From assembly GCA_047967505.1 (NCBI GenBank), contig CM106538.1: a DNA stretch of 64,000 nt; one strand, written 5' to 3'. Source of the DNA: Dipteris shenzhenensis. Its lineage: Eukaryota. Made by a program: the position numbers and the translations under genes. How positions within the stretch are numbered: the stretch's first letter is position 1; each line of letters begins with the position of its first letter. Positions 11,494 to 24,469 of the stretch are shown piece after piece. The notes below the pieces were generated by a model that worked only from the letters and a program-made list of their open reading frames with translations, searched no databases and was not told the origin of the DNA.

Positions 11494-13860
11494 TTAGTTC
11501 AAGACTCTAATATCTATATTTGACACATGATGTGCTTTTTGATCTTCTTCTTTGGAATCAGGCTCTTGTGCATATGCATCTGCAAATCCAGCTGACCAAG
11601 GTTGTAGCCACCACTTCGAGTCCTCACCCTTTGGCTTCATATGCAAACGTTCACACATTTCATGAGCACTTTTCAGCCCTTTCTTCAAAGCTTCAATGAT
11701 TTTATCATCAGTTGAGACACAATTATAGTCTCCTAGATTAGCTTCCGGCATGTTCTCTTTGAGATTCAATTCCCTCTAGACGTGTTCTTGCTTCTTATGT
11801 GCCCTTGTAAATAAGGGACTACCCTCTTTACATTCAAAGTGTGCAAGCCTGTTCAGACTACCAGCACTATGTAGCATGTCCATCAAGTCATAAGCACGTT
11901 CATGTCCCATCATGCTTCCAATCTTACTAAAGAAGATTTCAACTGCATCTGATCCTGTAAGATTTAAAGGGCACCTAAGGCTTGGACAAAATTCTCTAAA
12001 GTACTTTATTAATAAGACCACAAAATGGCATGATATTTGTACATCTAAGAAATCCTCCTTAGTTATATGAAATTTCTATTCAATGTATAGTGTGTATGAT
12101 GAACACAATCCAAGACCTCCAATTCTGGAAGAAAAAGGAAACTTTGCCTGCAAGATGGACTTGGTCCACAAGGCTTAAGTGCGGAGACAAAAAGATGTCA
12201 ATGTAGTCTTTGGAAATTTCAAGGTAAGCTTGTGTTCCCAACATGCTCCTCTCTTTTCTATGCATTCCATTGTTTGCCAATTCCCCGAAACACCATTGCA
12301 CTTGTCTACTACATATCCTTTGAGCTCCAGCCCGGCTCCGGCTCCAGCTCCAGCCCAATTTTGGCAGTCATCTCGTCTAATATCTCCCTCCCTTAGCATA
12401 TGATTGTCGATGGAAAAAGCATCATACACAATAATAATATGATTTAAGGTGATCCAAACATTGCCAATAGCCAACTGACGCTTAGGCTTATCAAGAACAT
12501 TGACTAATTTTTTCCCATTATGTACAAAGTCTTGATCATGTGGTCCACAAACTTCATTTTCTAAAACTTTTGCTGAGAGTGTCCATCCATCCCATTTAAT
12601 CCTAAATCTACTATCTTTTTTGTCTACATAGTCAGACATCATTAATGTCCTTCGCCAACTATCACCATTAGATGCATGCCCAATAATTAGACCAAGTGTG
12701 GGCTTCAGCTTCTCATTCCATAAGTTGCCAATGGCATCCCATTGCTTGCTAACAAAGCTTGCATCAAATCGATTGCAAGTGCAATGAAGTGCCACAACCA
12801 AGCATGGGAGGGCATCATGTGATGGATTAGCAAGGAAAACTCTTGCATGTCCACCAATGACACAATTCTGAAAGGCATCAATTTTTTTCTCATATCCAAT
12901 TTGTCCTTCTCCCACTTTGATCATGCATGTAGTCATACACTCATGATCATCTGATTTATATCCATCAAAACCCACAAGTGTGTCATCTTTTGGATTTCAC
13001 CTACAAGTAGTAATGAGCATGAGTTAGTAAGTTCATTTGCAAATTCTCTTTAATTTAAAAGAAAATTTTAGATTAAGAAAATTACTGTCATAAAAAAGAG
13101 CATGATATGATTACCTTATTCTCTTCTTTATGGCAATTTCATCTTCCACTAAGCTGAAGGTGTTGAGATATCGAGCTCCACTCGTGATATGCCAAGATGA
13201 CCATTGTGCATTTATGTCACCGATTTGTTAGCTGCAGATGCGGTTGGTACATCGCCCATGAATAATAGCTGGATGATAGCTATCTTTATGTACTCTAGTT
13301 AGTGGCTCAATTAGTATGCCACGTTAGTTAGTTGAGTTTGGTTTGAGACCCACATATAGGGTTCACCTATTCTTTTGTACTTAGAGTTCTTTTGGCTTTC
13401 ACAACTAAGAAGAGGAAAACTGTTTTCAGCCTCCACCTTTGTGAATATTCCCCCATTGTGTATGTGAAAAAGCTGCAAGTGAGACTCCTTCCTTCTCTCC
13501 CACTCTCTTTATAGAAGGGAATCTTTGACATGATCCCATGCTTTTCTTTCTCCTTTCTATAAATTTCAGCAAGTGCATCAAATATATACTCATGTATACC
13601 TGGTACAAAGTGGGTTGCAAGTCTTTGCCCTCGCTTTGTTGTTGATAAAGAAGGTCCGTTGAGATTGGAACTCAAGAAGTCATGTAACCTTGGGCCTCCC
13701 CACATTTTTGCAACCTCAAATATTGCCTTTGTATTCTCACTATATCTTTGTCCTATCTATATTTGTAGAGCAACATCTTGTAGAAATTCCCATAAGGCAG
13801 CTTTACCACCAAAGTTTTCCAACCTATGGGCTTCAATTATGTTTGTGCAAAATCTATTAA
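11494..13860 (-). pseudogene. P-element-superfamily-like (THAP9-like) DDE transposase, disrupted and intron-containing
   Basis: Motifs in order: GPRLHDFLSSNLNGPSLST, SLVEDEIAIK, GHASNGDS, QDFVHNGKKLVN, DCQNW, TGSDAVEIFFSKIG. A GT-AG intron runs 13114..13001. The gene is interrupted by a solo LTR, frameshifts and stops. Confidence 0.7.
13161..13513 (+). mobile_element. Solo LTR of Copia family 1 with 5-bp TSD GAAGG
   Basis: Full-length match to the LTR at 15825-16177. GAAGG lies at 13156-13160 and 13514-13518. No PBS follows. Confidence 0.95.
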
Positions 13861-14034
13861 CACACTATTCAAAATTTTTGGACTTGTGTAAAGTCCAATT
13901 TGAGAAATGGACTAAAAAACAGTCCAAAATTTTTGAATATACTAGTAATGTTGTTTTTTGAACTAGATTTGACAACTCAAAACAAAAGATTTGATGATTA
14001 AGTACTAAGAACATCAATGCATAACCGAATCTCT

Positions 14035-14290
14035 TACAAAGGTGGTCTACATAAACATCTTCATAACTTCTTATGAATTGAGCTACTATCACCTAAGAAC
14101 ATCAATAGATGACCAATAATAGATGACCAATTCTCTGAGAAAGGTGGTGTAAATAAACACCTTTATGTATAAGTGGTGTGCACACACCTTTATGACCATT
14201 TCTTTTAGAAAGGTGGTGTACATAAACCCCTTAGAAAGGTAGTGTAGATAAATCCTTTTATGTGTAAGTGGTGTACATATACACCTCGGT
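14035..14290. repeat. Cluster of AAAGGTGGTGTA / ACACC motifs in both orientations (possible subterminal repeats)
   Basis: Several copies of (AA)AGGTGGTGTA and AAGTGGTGT alternate with ACACACC/AACACC. Confidence 0.55.
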
Positions 14291-14490
14291 ATTAAAAAAC
14301 ACCCTTAACTATAAAAATACATTTGACATAAAGTTTAAAATACACCATTAAGTATAAAATGGACCTCATAAATAATCTTTATACACAATAATGAGAGTAA
14401 AGAAATCAAAAAAGTAGTAAACTTTTTATTAGATATTCGCTTTACATAGAAGTTCAAAACTTGTGATTACAAAGCCGTCAGCCATTCATG

Positions 14491-15824
14491 TTACTCAGTA
14501 CCAATGTCCTCAATGCCAGGCCCTTGACTACCAGGGTCCTGACTAATAGGCTTCTCTAAGACTGGAGTCTCAATAGCAAGGTCCTCAGTAGTTTGCTCTT
14601 CAGTTCCAAGCACCTGACTAGTAGGCTGCTCTAGAGTCTCATGACCAAGTTCTTGGTGAGTAGGGACCTGGCTACTAGGTTCCTGACTAGTAGGCTGCTC
14701 TAGAGTCTGTAAGATCATGGTTGAAGAGCCATCTATGCCTCCTGGTAACTCCTCCTAGTCATGCTTTGCCTCGTCCATACCTTCTTTGAGTAAGGCTTCC
14801 TTGCTTGATCCACTTGCATGTCCTTCACCCAAGATCAAGGGCGCCTTCCTCACTTTTAATTTCAAGGGAAGTGCTTCCACCTCTTTAGCCTTACCTTTTC
14901 CTGTGACGTGCTGTACTACTACTTCTTGCTACCGCGAGCCTTCCTGTATGATGAGTGGAACATCCTTGACTCTAGTTGACAATTGATCACCCTTATTCTT
15001 TGTGCGGATTTTATCTTGGCGTATGTCATTGGATGTAGAGCTTTCATCCTCATCATCACCTGAGCTAGAATCATCACCCTCATACTCACTACCCTCGTCT
15101 TCGACATTTTTCTCACTACCCTCTTCTTTGACATTTTCCTCTTCAAAGAAGGTAGTGCAACTGTAATATGTGTCAAAGAACTCAATTTGATGGGGGGTAT
15201 CAATGACATTTACATTTCTACCTTGGCGTAGCAATTTCTCAGCAGCAAAACCCATTCGATACAATGCTACTTCCCACCCATCATTCACTAAATTCTTTGT
15301 CATCTGTAGTATCACATCAATTGATCCATCGGCTTTCTATAATCCACCATTGCTACATCAAGCTTAACCTTATTGTCCTCAAAGTAATGAAGCTCGAGAG
15401 TCCTTAAAGGAATTTTGATTAGATTGCCACCACCCCTGGATAAGAAGCACATCAAGAAAGGCTGCAAGACTTGAATGGTAGTGCCTTCCAAGACACAGTC
15501 ATATGATTGCATAGGACCATACCATGGTATACTTTTGAAAGTAAATACCCAAATGTAGATGTCAAACTCGCAACAAGGCATCCCTTTGTGATTTGTCACG
15601 AACAGGACCAACGTTGATCTTTTCTTATCTACCATAGGACTTCTACGATAAACTGCACAAGTTCAACTATCTGTGACACTGCAAGGTCTTGCAATTCATC
15701 TATGAAAAATACGCACGGCTTCTCCCAAGCATGACTGCTCATTATTATGAAATGCTCTATATCAATGCCATTGATGTGTGCAAATTTTGTATCATTCTCT
15801 GATAGCAAGATATCATAGGAGAAG
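14491..15824 (-). pseudogene. Frameshifted ORF of unknown function with an acidic, repetitive C-terminus; possible methyltransferase-like relic
   Basis: Consecutive minus-strand ORFs 15312..15635, 14929..15315 and 14491..14718 form one broken reading frame. The 5' part is cut by the Copia insertion at 15825. Confidence 0.45.
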
Positions 15825-18800
15825 TGTTGAGATATCGAGCTCCACTCGTGATATGCCAGGGTGACCGTTGTGCATTTATGTCACCGACTTGTTAGCTGCA
15901 GATGTGGTTGGTACACCACCCATGAATAATAGCTAGATGATAGCTATCCTTATGTACTCTAATTCGTGGATCATTTAGTATGCCACCTTAGTGAGCTGAG
16001 TTTGGTTTGAGACCCACATATAGGGTTCTTCTATTTCTTTGTACTAGAGTTCTTTTGGCTTTCACAACTAAGAAGAGGGAAAACTGTTTTCAGCCTCCAC
16101 CTTTGTGTGTATTCCCCCATTGTGTATGTGAGAAAGCCGCAAGTGAGACTCCTTCCTTCTCTCCCACTATCTTCACATGGTATTAGAGCCTGGTTCGTGG
16201 TAAGGAGCTCAAGAAAGCAAACCAAGTTCATGGTGTCCTGGTAAGAGGACCAGTGTTGCCTTCCTTTTTCGAGTTTGGGAGCAAATCTCTGTAGGTAGCA
16301 CAGTCAGAAACTGCAAGAGTGCATTGTCTCAGATTAAGACGCCCTTCGCGGTGTGGCGAGAGGGAAATATATGCTGCGAGAGGAGGCAAAGCCCTTGGTG
16401 ACTTTATTTTTTTGATTCGAGGCATTTCGGGGCCCGTTTTGGAGGCGGAAGTTCTCCGAATGCTGTGCGACCACTACTCTATAGGTCAATGAAAAGTTAC
16501 CATAGAAATTGCATCGTATGCTTGTGCGCAGAGATATTGGGAGTTACTGAATCATCCTTATTGCTTGTTGATGCAAAATCATCACTAGGAAGTGACACTT
16601 GGTCAAATACCACTTTCGTCAGTTTTGCAGATTTGCCCGTGTGAGGCAGAAGCTGTGTTTTTTTGCAGTGACAGAATATTTTATAGTGTTCTGTACTGGC
16701 GTCTGATTCTCCTTCACAGATTGTCACTGAAAAGCTTGACAAGAACAACTTCCAAGCATGGAAGTTTAGAATGACGAATTTCCTTATGGGAAAAGGCTAT
16801 TGGGAGTTCATTACAGGAAATGAAGAAGAACTAGTTCTTCCTAACGTTCCCAATCAACAAGAAATGCAGGCATTTAAAGGATGGCATGAGAGAGCAAGAA
16901 AAGTTATGTACTGGCTGTCTATCAGTATTTCAGATTCTATGATTGTGCATATTTAGGATGCAAGTACGCCAAAGGAGGCATGGGATACTTTGGCAAAAAT
17001 GTACAGCAGAAATACGCAAGCCAGGAAAATGCAGATCAAGCAGGAGTTGCACAATGTGCAGAGAGAAAATATGAGCATCAATGACTACCACATGAAGGTG
17101 AAGAAAATTACAGATGCACTTACTTCCATTGGGTCGCCAGTGGAAGATGATGATCTAGTTTCTGTGACCTTGAATGGTCTAGGAAAGGATTATGCACAGT
17201 TTTGGACATCCATTGCCGTCCTAAAAAATTTCTTGATTTTGAGGAGTTGTTTCTCTTCTAATTTCTGAAGAGCAGAGAAATGGTGGTGCATCTTCTTCAA
17301 GAGGAACTTCAAAAGAAATTGTCTTCTACTTAAATGCTCGAAGAGGTAGAGGCAGAGGTAGAGGAGGCCAATCTGGAGGCCGTGGTAGAAATTAGAATAT
17401 GCAGCAAACTCAAGAAAACCAGTCCTTTGGAGGAGGACGTGGTAACTCTAGAGGCAAGGGGAGCCAAAGAGGTCGTGGTGGATGGCAGAGAGGCCAAAAT
17501 GCAAACAGCAATGTCGAATGCTACTATTGTGGTAAAATGGGTCATATGGCTAAAGACTGCTACAAAAAGCAGAATGACATTATGAATGGAAAATTGCAGC
17601 AAGGCAATTATGCATCCTCTAGTAGACAGGGTGATATGAGCATTTGTTTATGGTGTAGCACATGACCCATTCTGTGACAAGTGCAGAAGAAAGTAATGAT
17701 GTGTGGTATGTTGACTCAGGTGCATCAAACCACATGACAGGTCATGCAGAATGGATGCAGGATGCAAGGAAAATGGAAAGACTAGGATTTGTGGAGATTG
17801 GTGATGATACTGCACATCCTATTGTGCAGATTGGTAAAATTCCTTTGTCTATGCAGGATGGGAAAAAGAAATACCTGTTTGATGTATTTCATGTCCCGAA
17901 TATCACCAAGAACCTGGTTTCTGTTGGTCAAATGGTTGAGTAGGGCTTGCAGGTCAGATTTAATCCTCATGGATGCTTTGTTGAGGATATGAAAAATAAC
18001 GGTCGCTTGATAGCAAAAGGAAAAAAGAAGGGCAGGATGTTTACATTGGATGCGGACATGCTTGAATTGAGTGCAGCAATGTTTGCACATGGGACCAGTG
18101 TAGTTGCAAATATTGATATCTGGCATGTCATGTTAATGTACAGTGACTTAAATCAATGCAGGCCCAAAATATTGTTGCAGGATTACCTAAATTCAAGGTT
18201 TCAGAAATGCATAAGATATGTGAAGCCTGTCAATTTGGAAAATAGGCAAGGAAACCATTTCCTAGACATGTTCAAGAGAGTAAGAAGCCATTGGAATTAA
18301 TCCACTCTGATGTGTGGACAACTAAAGCTGCATCTATTGGAGGCTGTCATTATTTTGTCACTTTTATTAATGACTACAGCAGAAAAGTTTGGGTGTATTT
18401 TATGAAAAAGAAAAGTGAAGTGTTTGGGCACTTCCAAGATTTTAAAGCTATGGTTGAAAAAGAAACAAGCCTGCAAATAAAATGCCTAAGGTTAGATGGA
18501 GGGGGAGAGTACCTCTTAAATGAGTTTGCAAGGTTCTTGCAGGAGCATGGCATAAAGCAGCAATATTCATGCAGTCATACCCCATAGCAAAATGGACTTG
18601 CAGAAAGGAAAAACTGGCATATTGGAGAGGTATCTCGGGCCATGCTAAATGAAAAAGACCTACCAGACTATTATTGGGTTGAAGCAGTTGCTACAGCGGT
18701 TTACATAATGAACAGGACTCCCACTGGCGCAATACATGGCATGACACCAAAGGAGATGTATACTGGTAGGAAACCAGATATTTCTCATTTGAAAATTTTT

Positions 18801-21135
18801 GGTTGCATTGCCTATGTTCATGTGCCAGATGAGTTGAGGTCCAAGTTGTATCCAAAAGCTGAGAAGTGCATCTTTATTGGTTATTCTCTGTAGCAGAAAG
18901 GGTATAGATGCTATAACCCTTCTACTCGTAAGTTTACAGTGAGCAAAGATGTTGTTTTTGATGAGATGAGTAGCTGGTATAAACCAGTAAATGTGATTGA
19001 TGATGCAGATGCACAAAATGGTAATGTTGCACAGAATTCACAGCAACAATCACAAAATATTAGTGGACGTGCAATGTCCTCTAGCAGTGGTTCACATACT
19101 TCACCATGGATAGGCAGATTGAGATCAGGAGAATCTCCTCAAAGCAATGCAGATAGTGGTATGCAGGTATCACACGAAAAGGAAAAGAGAAGGTAGATCA
19201 GCCCATGTTTGATGTGAATGCAGATCACTCTTATGTCAATGGTGAGTCCAGTGGCTCAGAACAGAGCATTGATGATGAGTTAAGTATTCCTTCTATTGTT
19301 ACACCTGGAGTAAGGAAGACCAGGGATGTTTTGAGAGCACCTGGAACTGAGCCTACTTTGTGCAGGTCTACCAGAGCTAGGTATCCTGTGGTATAGAGGA
19401 TAGGCTGGAATATGATGGATTTACAGCCACTCACTATGCCTATATGGTCAAAGTGATACTACAGGAACCAGAACCCACTTCTTTTGAGCAAGCCATGGGA
19501 AAAGAAAAATGGGAGAAAGCCATGGATGAAGAAATGGATGCCTTGGAAGCAAATGCTACATGGGAATTGGTGCCTTTGCCTAAAGACAAGAATGCAATTG
19601 GCTGTAAGTGGGTTTATAAGGTGAAGCACAATGCAGATGGTTCTGTGAATAGATACAAGGCAAGATTAGTTGTCAAGGAATATGCACAGACATATGGCAT
19701 TGATTATGAAGAAACATTAAGTCCGGTTGCAAGGATGGCAACCGTAAGAGCAGTCATTGCTATGGTTGCATCAAAGGGATGGTCTTTACATCAGATGGAT
19801 GTAAAGAATGCCTTCTTGCATGGTGATTTGCAAGAAGAGGTCTTTATGGAGCAGCCACCAGGTTATGTTCATGCTGTTCATCATGAATTTGTTTGTAGGT
19901 TGAAGAAAGCCTTGTATGGCTTAAAGCACGCACCTAGAGCATGGTCTGACAAGATAGGACAGTATCTTGTCACTATTGGCTTTCAGATTTCCAAGGCAGA
20001 TTTCTCACTTTATGTGAGAAAAAAAGAGAAAGGTATTATGCTGCTTGTCATTTATGTTGATGATTTGATCATCACAGGTGATAGTGATGAAGATATCCTT
20101 CATGTGAAAATGCTATTGAAGCAGAAGTTTGAGATGAAGGATTTGGGAGAGCTGCGTTATTTCTTGGGCATTGAGGTGATTAGATCACCAAGTGGGATAT
20201 GGCTCTTGCAGAGGCAATATGGATTGGACATGTTGTCCAAATATGGGATGACAGGGTGTAAGCCTATTTCAGTTCCTTTGGACCAAAATGTGAAGCTGAG
20301 CGCAGATGCAAGTGAGCTTCTGGAAGAGCCTACTATGTACAGACGCATAGTAGGAAGTTTGATTTATATGACTATTACCAGGCCAAATTTGAGCTATGCT
20401 GTTGGATTGGTAAGTTAGTTTATGCAGGCTCCAAGGAAACTGCATTTGGATGCGGCTAGATGCATACTCAGGTATGTGAAGTCCACATTGTAGTATGGAC
20501 TATTTTATGAGGCTGGGGTTTAGATACAGTTGCATCGATACACTGATGCTGATTGGGCTAGTAGTATTTCTGATAGACGATCTACCAATGGATATGTTTT
20601 CACTTTTGGGAGTGCTGCAGTCACTTGGAGCAGCAAGAAACAGCCTACAGTTGCCTTGTCGAGCATAGAGGCTGAGTACAAGGGTGTAGCAATGGCTGCA
20701 TGTGAGGTAGCTTGGTTGCATAAGCTACTTTATGATATGCATCAGTCTACAGATGGGCCAATTGTCATTTATTGTGACAACATGAGCAGTATACACTTGG
20801 CAAATAACCCAGTCTATCATGCTAGAACAAAGCACAAGGAGATGCATTATCACTATGTGCGGGAGAAGGTTTTACTAGGTCTTATTGATCTAGTTTATGT
20901 CAGCACAGAGGATCAGGTAGCTAACATATTCACAAAGGCATTGGGCATAGAGAAGCTGCGCAAGTTCAGAGACCTGCTTGGTATGTATGAATTGGGATTG
21001 AGCTCGAGGGGTAGTGTTGAGATATCGAGCTCCACTGGTGATATGCCAGGGTGACCGTTGTGCATTTATGTCACCGACTTGTTAGCTACAGATGCGGTTG
21101 TTACACTGCCCATGAATAATAGATGGATGACAGCT
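15825..21135 (+). mobile_element. Ty1/Copia family 1 copy B (complete internal region, 3' LTR truncated)
   Basis: 5' LTR 15825-16177 (TG...CA), PBS TGGTATTAGAGCC at 16178-16190. Then gag, protease, integrase, RT ([16 protein letters not shown]) and RNase H (TDADWA, ALSSIEAEY, HARTKH), with many stops. PPT at 21006-21014. The 3' LTR starts at 21015 and breaks near 21135. Confidence 0.97.
16178..16190 (+). promoter_or_regulatory. Primer-binding site (initiator tRNA-Met), one mismatch
   Basis: TGGTATTAGAGCC directly after the LTR end. Copy C has the perfect TGGTATCAGAGCC at 30028-30040 on the minus strand. Confidence 0.9.
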
Positions 21136-22330
21136 GGTTGGTACATGTATTATTAACCCCCCCCACCCCACTTGTTGCATGCGCAACAGGTGGGGGGGGA
21201 AATTCCCCCCCCCACATGCAACAGGTGGCATGGGGGGGTGAATAATACCCCCCAACCCCACCTGTAGCATGTGCAATAGATGGGGGGTTAACCCCCCCTC
21301 CCTCCTCTCCTCGTGCCCTCTCACCTCCCCTCCCCCTTCTCCACCTCCCCTCCCCCTCCCCCTTCCTTGCGCCTCCCCTCCCCCTTCCTCGCCTCCCCTC
21401 CCCCTCCCCCTTCCCCGCGCCCTCCCCTCCCCCTTCCCCGACAGGAGGGTGGGGGGGTATTATTAACCCCCGCTACCCCACCTGTTGCATGCGCAATAGG
21501 TGGGGGGGTTAACCCCCCCTCCCTCCTCTCCCCGTGCCCTCCCGCCTCCCCTCCCCCTCCCCCTTCCCTGCGCCTCCCCTCCCCCTTCCCCACCTCCCTT
21601 CCCCCTCCCCCTTCCCTGCACCCTCCCCGCCTCCCCTCCCCCTTCCCCGCCCTCCCGTCAGCCCCCTCCCTTTCCCCGCCTCCCCCTCGTGTCGGCCCCC
21701 TCCCCTCCCTCCCTCCGTCTCGCCTGTGACAGGGAGGGGAGGCAGAGGGGGAGGTGGGGAAGGGAGGGGCCGACGGGGAGGGGGAGGGGGAGGGGGAGGG
21801 GAAGGGAGGGACGGTAGGGAAGGGAAGGGAGGGACGGCGGGGAGGGAGGGGCCGGCGGGGAGGGACGATGGGGAAGGGAAGGGAGGGACGGCGGGGAGGG
21901 AGGGGCCAGCAGGGAGGGGGAGGGAGAGGAGGGGGAGGGAGAGGGAGGGGCCGGTGGGGGGGGGATGGGGAGGGAGAGAATGGGAAGGGAGGGGCCGAAG
22001 GGGAGGGGGAGGCGGGGAAGGGGAGGGGAAGGGAGAGCAGGGAGGAGAGGGGAAGGGGAAGGGGGAGGAGAGGGGAAGGGAGGGGGAGGGGAGGAGAGGA
22101 AGCGGGAGGAGGGAGGGGAGAAGCAGAAGGAGAGGGGAAGGGAGGGGGAGAGAGGAAGCAGGAGAAGAAGGGGGAGGAGAGGGGAAGGGAGGGGGAGGGG
22201 AGGGCAAGGGACGGGGGGAGGAGAGGGGAAGGGAGGGGAGAGAGGAAGCAGAAGGAGAGGGGATGGGAAGCAAGAGGGGAGGGACGAGAGGGAGGAAGGG
22301 AGTACCTGGGTGGAGAGGTGGTGGAGCTTT
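21136..22330. repeat. GC-rich foldback: polypyrimidine arm then polypurine arm, with CCTGTTGC-N4-GCAAYAGG palindromes
   Basis: C/T-dominated tract ~21290-21720 switches to a G/A-dominated tract ~21730-22320. Palindromes lie near 21171, 21262 and 21481. Confidence 0.85.
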
Positions 22331-22818
22331 AGGAAAGTTGTGAGAGAGAATGAGGAGAAGTAGAGTTTTATAGGAAATGGGTAGCTTTTATGTCAAGTCA
22401 CCTTTTTGTAGTTTTTAAGGGCTTTTTAGTTCTTTTAGGTTCACTATAGGTAGAACATTCTTCATTCTCTCTTTCATTCAAAGATCATTCTTTTACACTC
22501 CACGCTTCTCTCCTCTCATCAACCTATTGTAGGATTCTCAAAAATTTTCAAAATGTTGCAAGAGGTGAGTTCATTTCTAACCTATTGCGTACGCAAGAAC
22601 TTCTAAGAATCAAGTTTTTGTAAATTTGAATTTTTTTTCAAATCCGATTCTTTTCTCAAAAACTTGTGTGTATGCAACTACTTCAGAAAACCATTTTTGC
22701 ATTAAATCTTTTTTCCCACAAATTTTCCTTTTTACCTCAAACTCTCACAACCTATTTGCAAAAATTTCTCTCCTAGCCTATTGGGCACGCAACAATTTTT
22801 CACCAAAAAAAAAATTCT

Positions 22819-23300
22819 ATTATAAATTTCTCTCTCAACCTCAAAACCACTCAAACCTCCCTACCTATTGCGTACGCAACAACTTCAAAACAAAATTGAA
22901 TCATAAATCTCTCCAAAAAACTCCTCAACAAAAAAAAAAACAATCTATTACAAATTTCTCTCTCAACCTCAAAACCACTCAAACCCTACCTATTGCGTAT
23001 GCAACAACTTCAAAACAAAATTTAATCATAAATCTCTCCAAAAAACTCCTCAACAAAAAAAAACAATCTATTTCAAATTTCTCTCTCAACCTCAAAACCA
23101 CTCAAACCTCCCTACCTATTGCGTACGCGACAACTTTAAAACATAATTTAATTATAAATCTCTCCAAAAAACTCCAAAAAAAAAAACAATCTATTACATA
23201 TTTCTCTCTCAACCTCAAAACCACTCAAACCTCCCTACCTATTGTGTATGCAACAACTTCAAAACAAAATTTAATCATAAATCTTTCCAAAAAACTCTTC
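22819..23300 (+). repeat. ~124-bp tandem repeat, about 4 copies
   Basis: Units start near 22819, 22945, 23068 and 23191 (TTTCTCTCTCAACCTCAAAACCACTCAAACC...CCTATTGCGTAYGCAAC). Confidence 0.9.
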
Positions 23301-24082
23301 TCACGACACTTTATTAATATAAGAAATCCATTTATAATATTTTTACTCCATAATATAATAAATTTTTATTAACTAATGTTAAAATATAATTTTGCTAAAA
23401 ATATATATTATTAATCTATAAATTAATATAAATATTATATAATTATTATATAAATACATTAATTAAAAAAATATAACTTAAAAGGGAGGTCTTCTAGCAT
23501 ATGTGCTTTATATAATACTTATTCTTAAAACAATGAAGAATTAGTGAATATATTGCTATTCTATACATTATTAACTTAAAAACTAATGTAAATATAAATT
23601 AATTATTATATAAATTTAAATAAATATATAAATTATTAATATTATACATAAATAACATTTAAAATTATGTAGATTATATACTAATAACCTTTCAATTTTA
23701 AAAAGTAGTCAATCAAAGAATTGAATTAATTTAAAAAATAAGAAAATATTAAAATTTACACACTTACTTTTAGCATGCATGCTTTTCTTCCATGTGTATA
23801 ATACTTGTTAGTTAGTCGAAGAATGAAAAATTAGATAATGTATTTGTAAGGTAGGTATTTAAAACCATAGAATCTAGAAGAGGTTTAGCATACTTAGTTA
23901 TCTTTGTTACTATGTGTAATACTTTGCAAAAGCCTTAAACTTTGTTTAAGGCTTTGCACAAAACTACAGTATCATTGCATCCATATCATTTTTTTACTTT
24001 AGCAACCACGAGATATCCATGGTATCCATGATATGGAATACATATTTCTTCTAAATATTTCTTATCACATACTTTTTTATTT

Positions 24083-24368
24083 CTTCTGATACACCATGCA
24101 GCATGAATGTAAGAAAATATGAATCGGTGTGCTTTTAGCCTATGTACTTGTCCTTAATCAGTAGGATACTTTGACTAGGTAGACTTATAATTACTTAAAG
24201 TAAAGCCTTTGCAAAGGATCGTACCTTCTGATACACCATGCAACATGAATGTAAGAAAATATGAATCGGTGTGATTTTAGCCTATATGCTTGTCCCTAAT
24301 CAGTAGGATACTTTGACTAGGTAGACTTATACTTACCTAAAGTAAAGCCTCTACAAAGGATCGTACCT
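24083..24368 (+). repeat. ~143-bp tandem duplication
   Basis: TCTGATACACCATGCARCATGAATGTAAG...AAAGGATCGTACCT occurs twice. Confidence 0.9.
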
Positions 24369-24469
24369 ATAAACAAAACGCTTTGGAAAGCATATAACAT
24401 ATAGTCTATATATATCTAAACTAAATACTTTGGAATGCATATTTTATATAGTCTATATACCTTAAATCT

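Noticed and set aside
21082-22363. Pro-rich and Gly/Arg-rich ORFs resembling extensin or formin
   Set aside because: All six frames are open because the C/G low-complexity tract lacks stop codons; these are artefacts.
22626-23372. 248-aa ORF
   Set aside because: It is a translation of the 124-bp tandem repeat with no recognisable domain.
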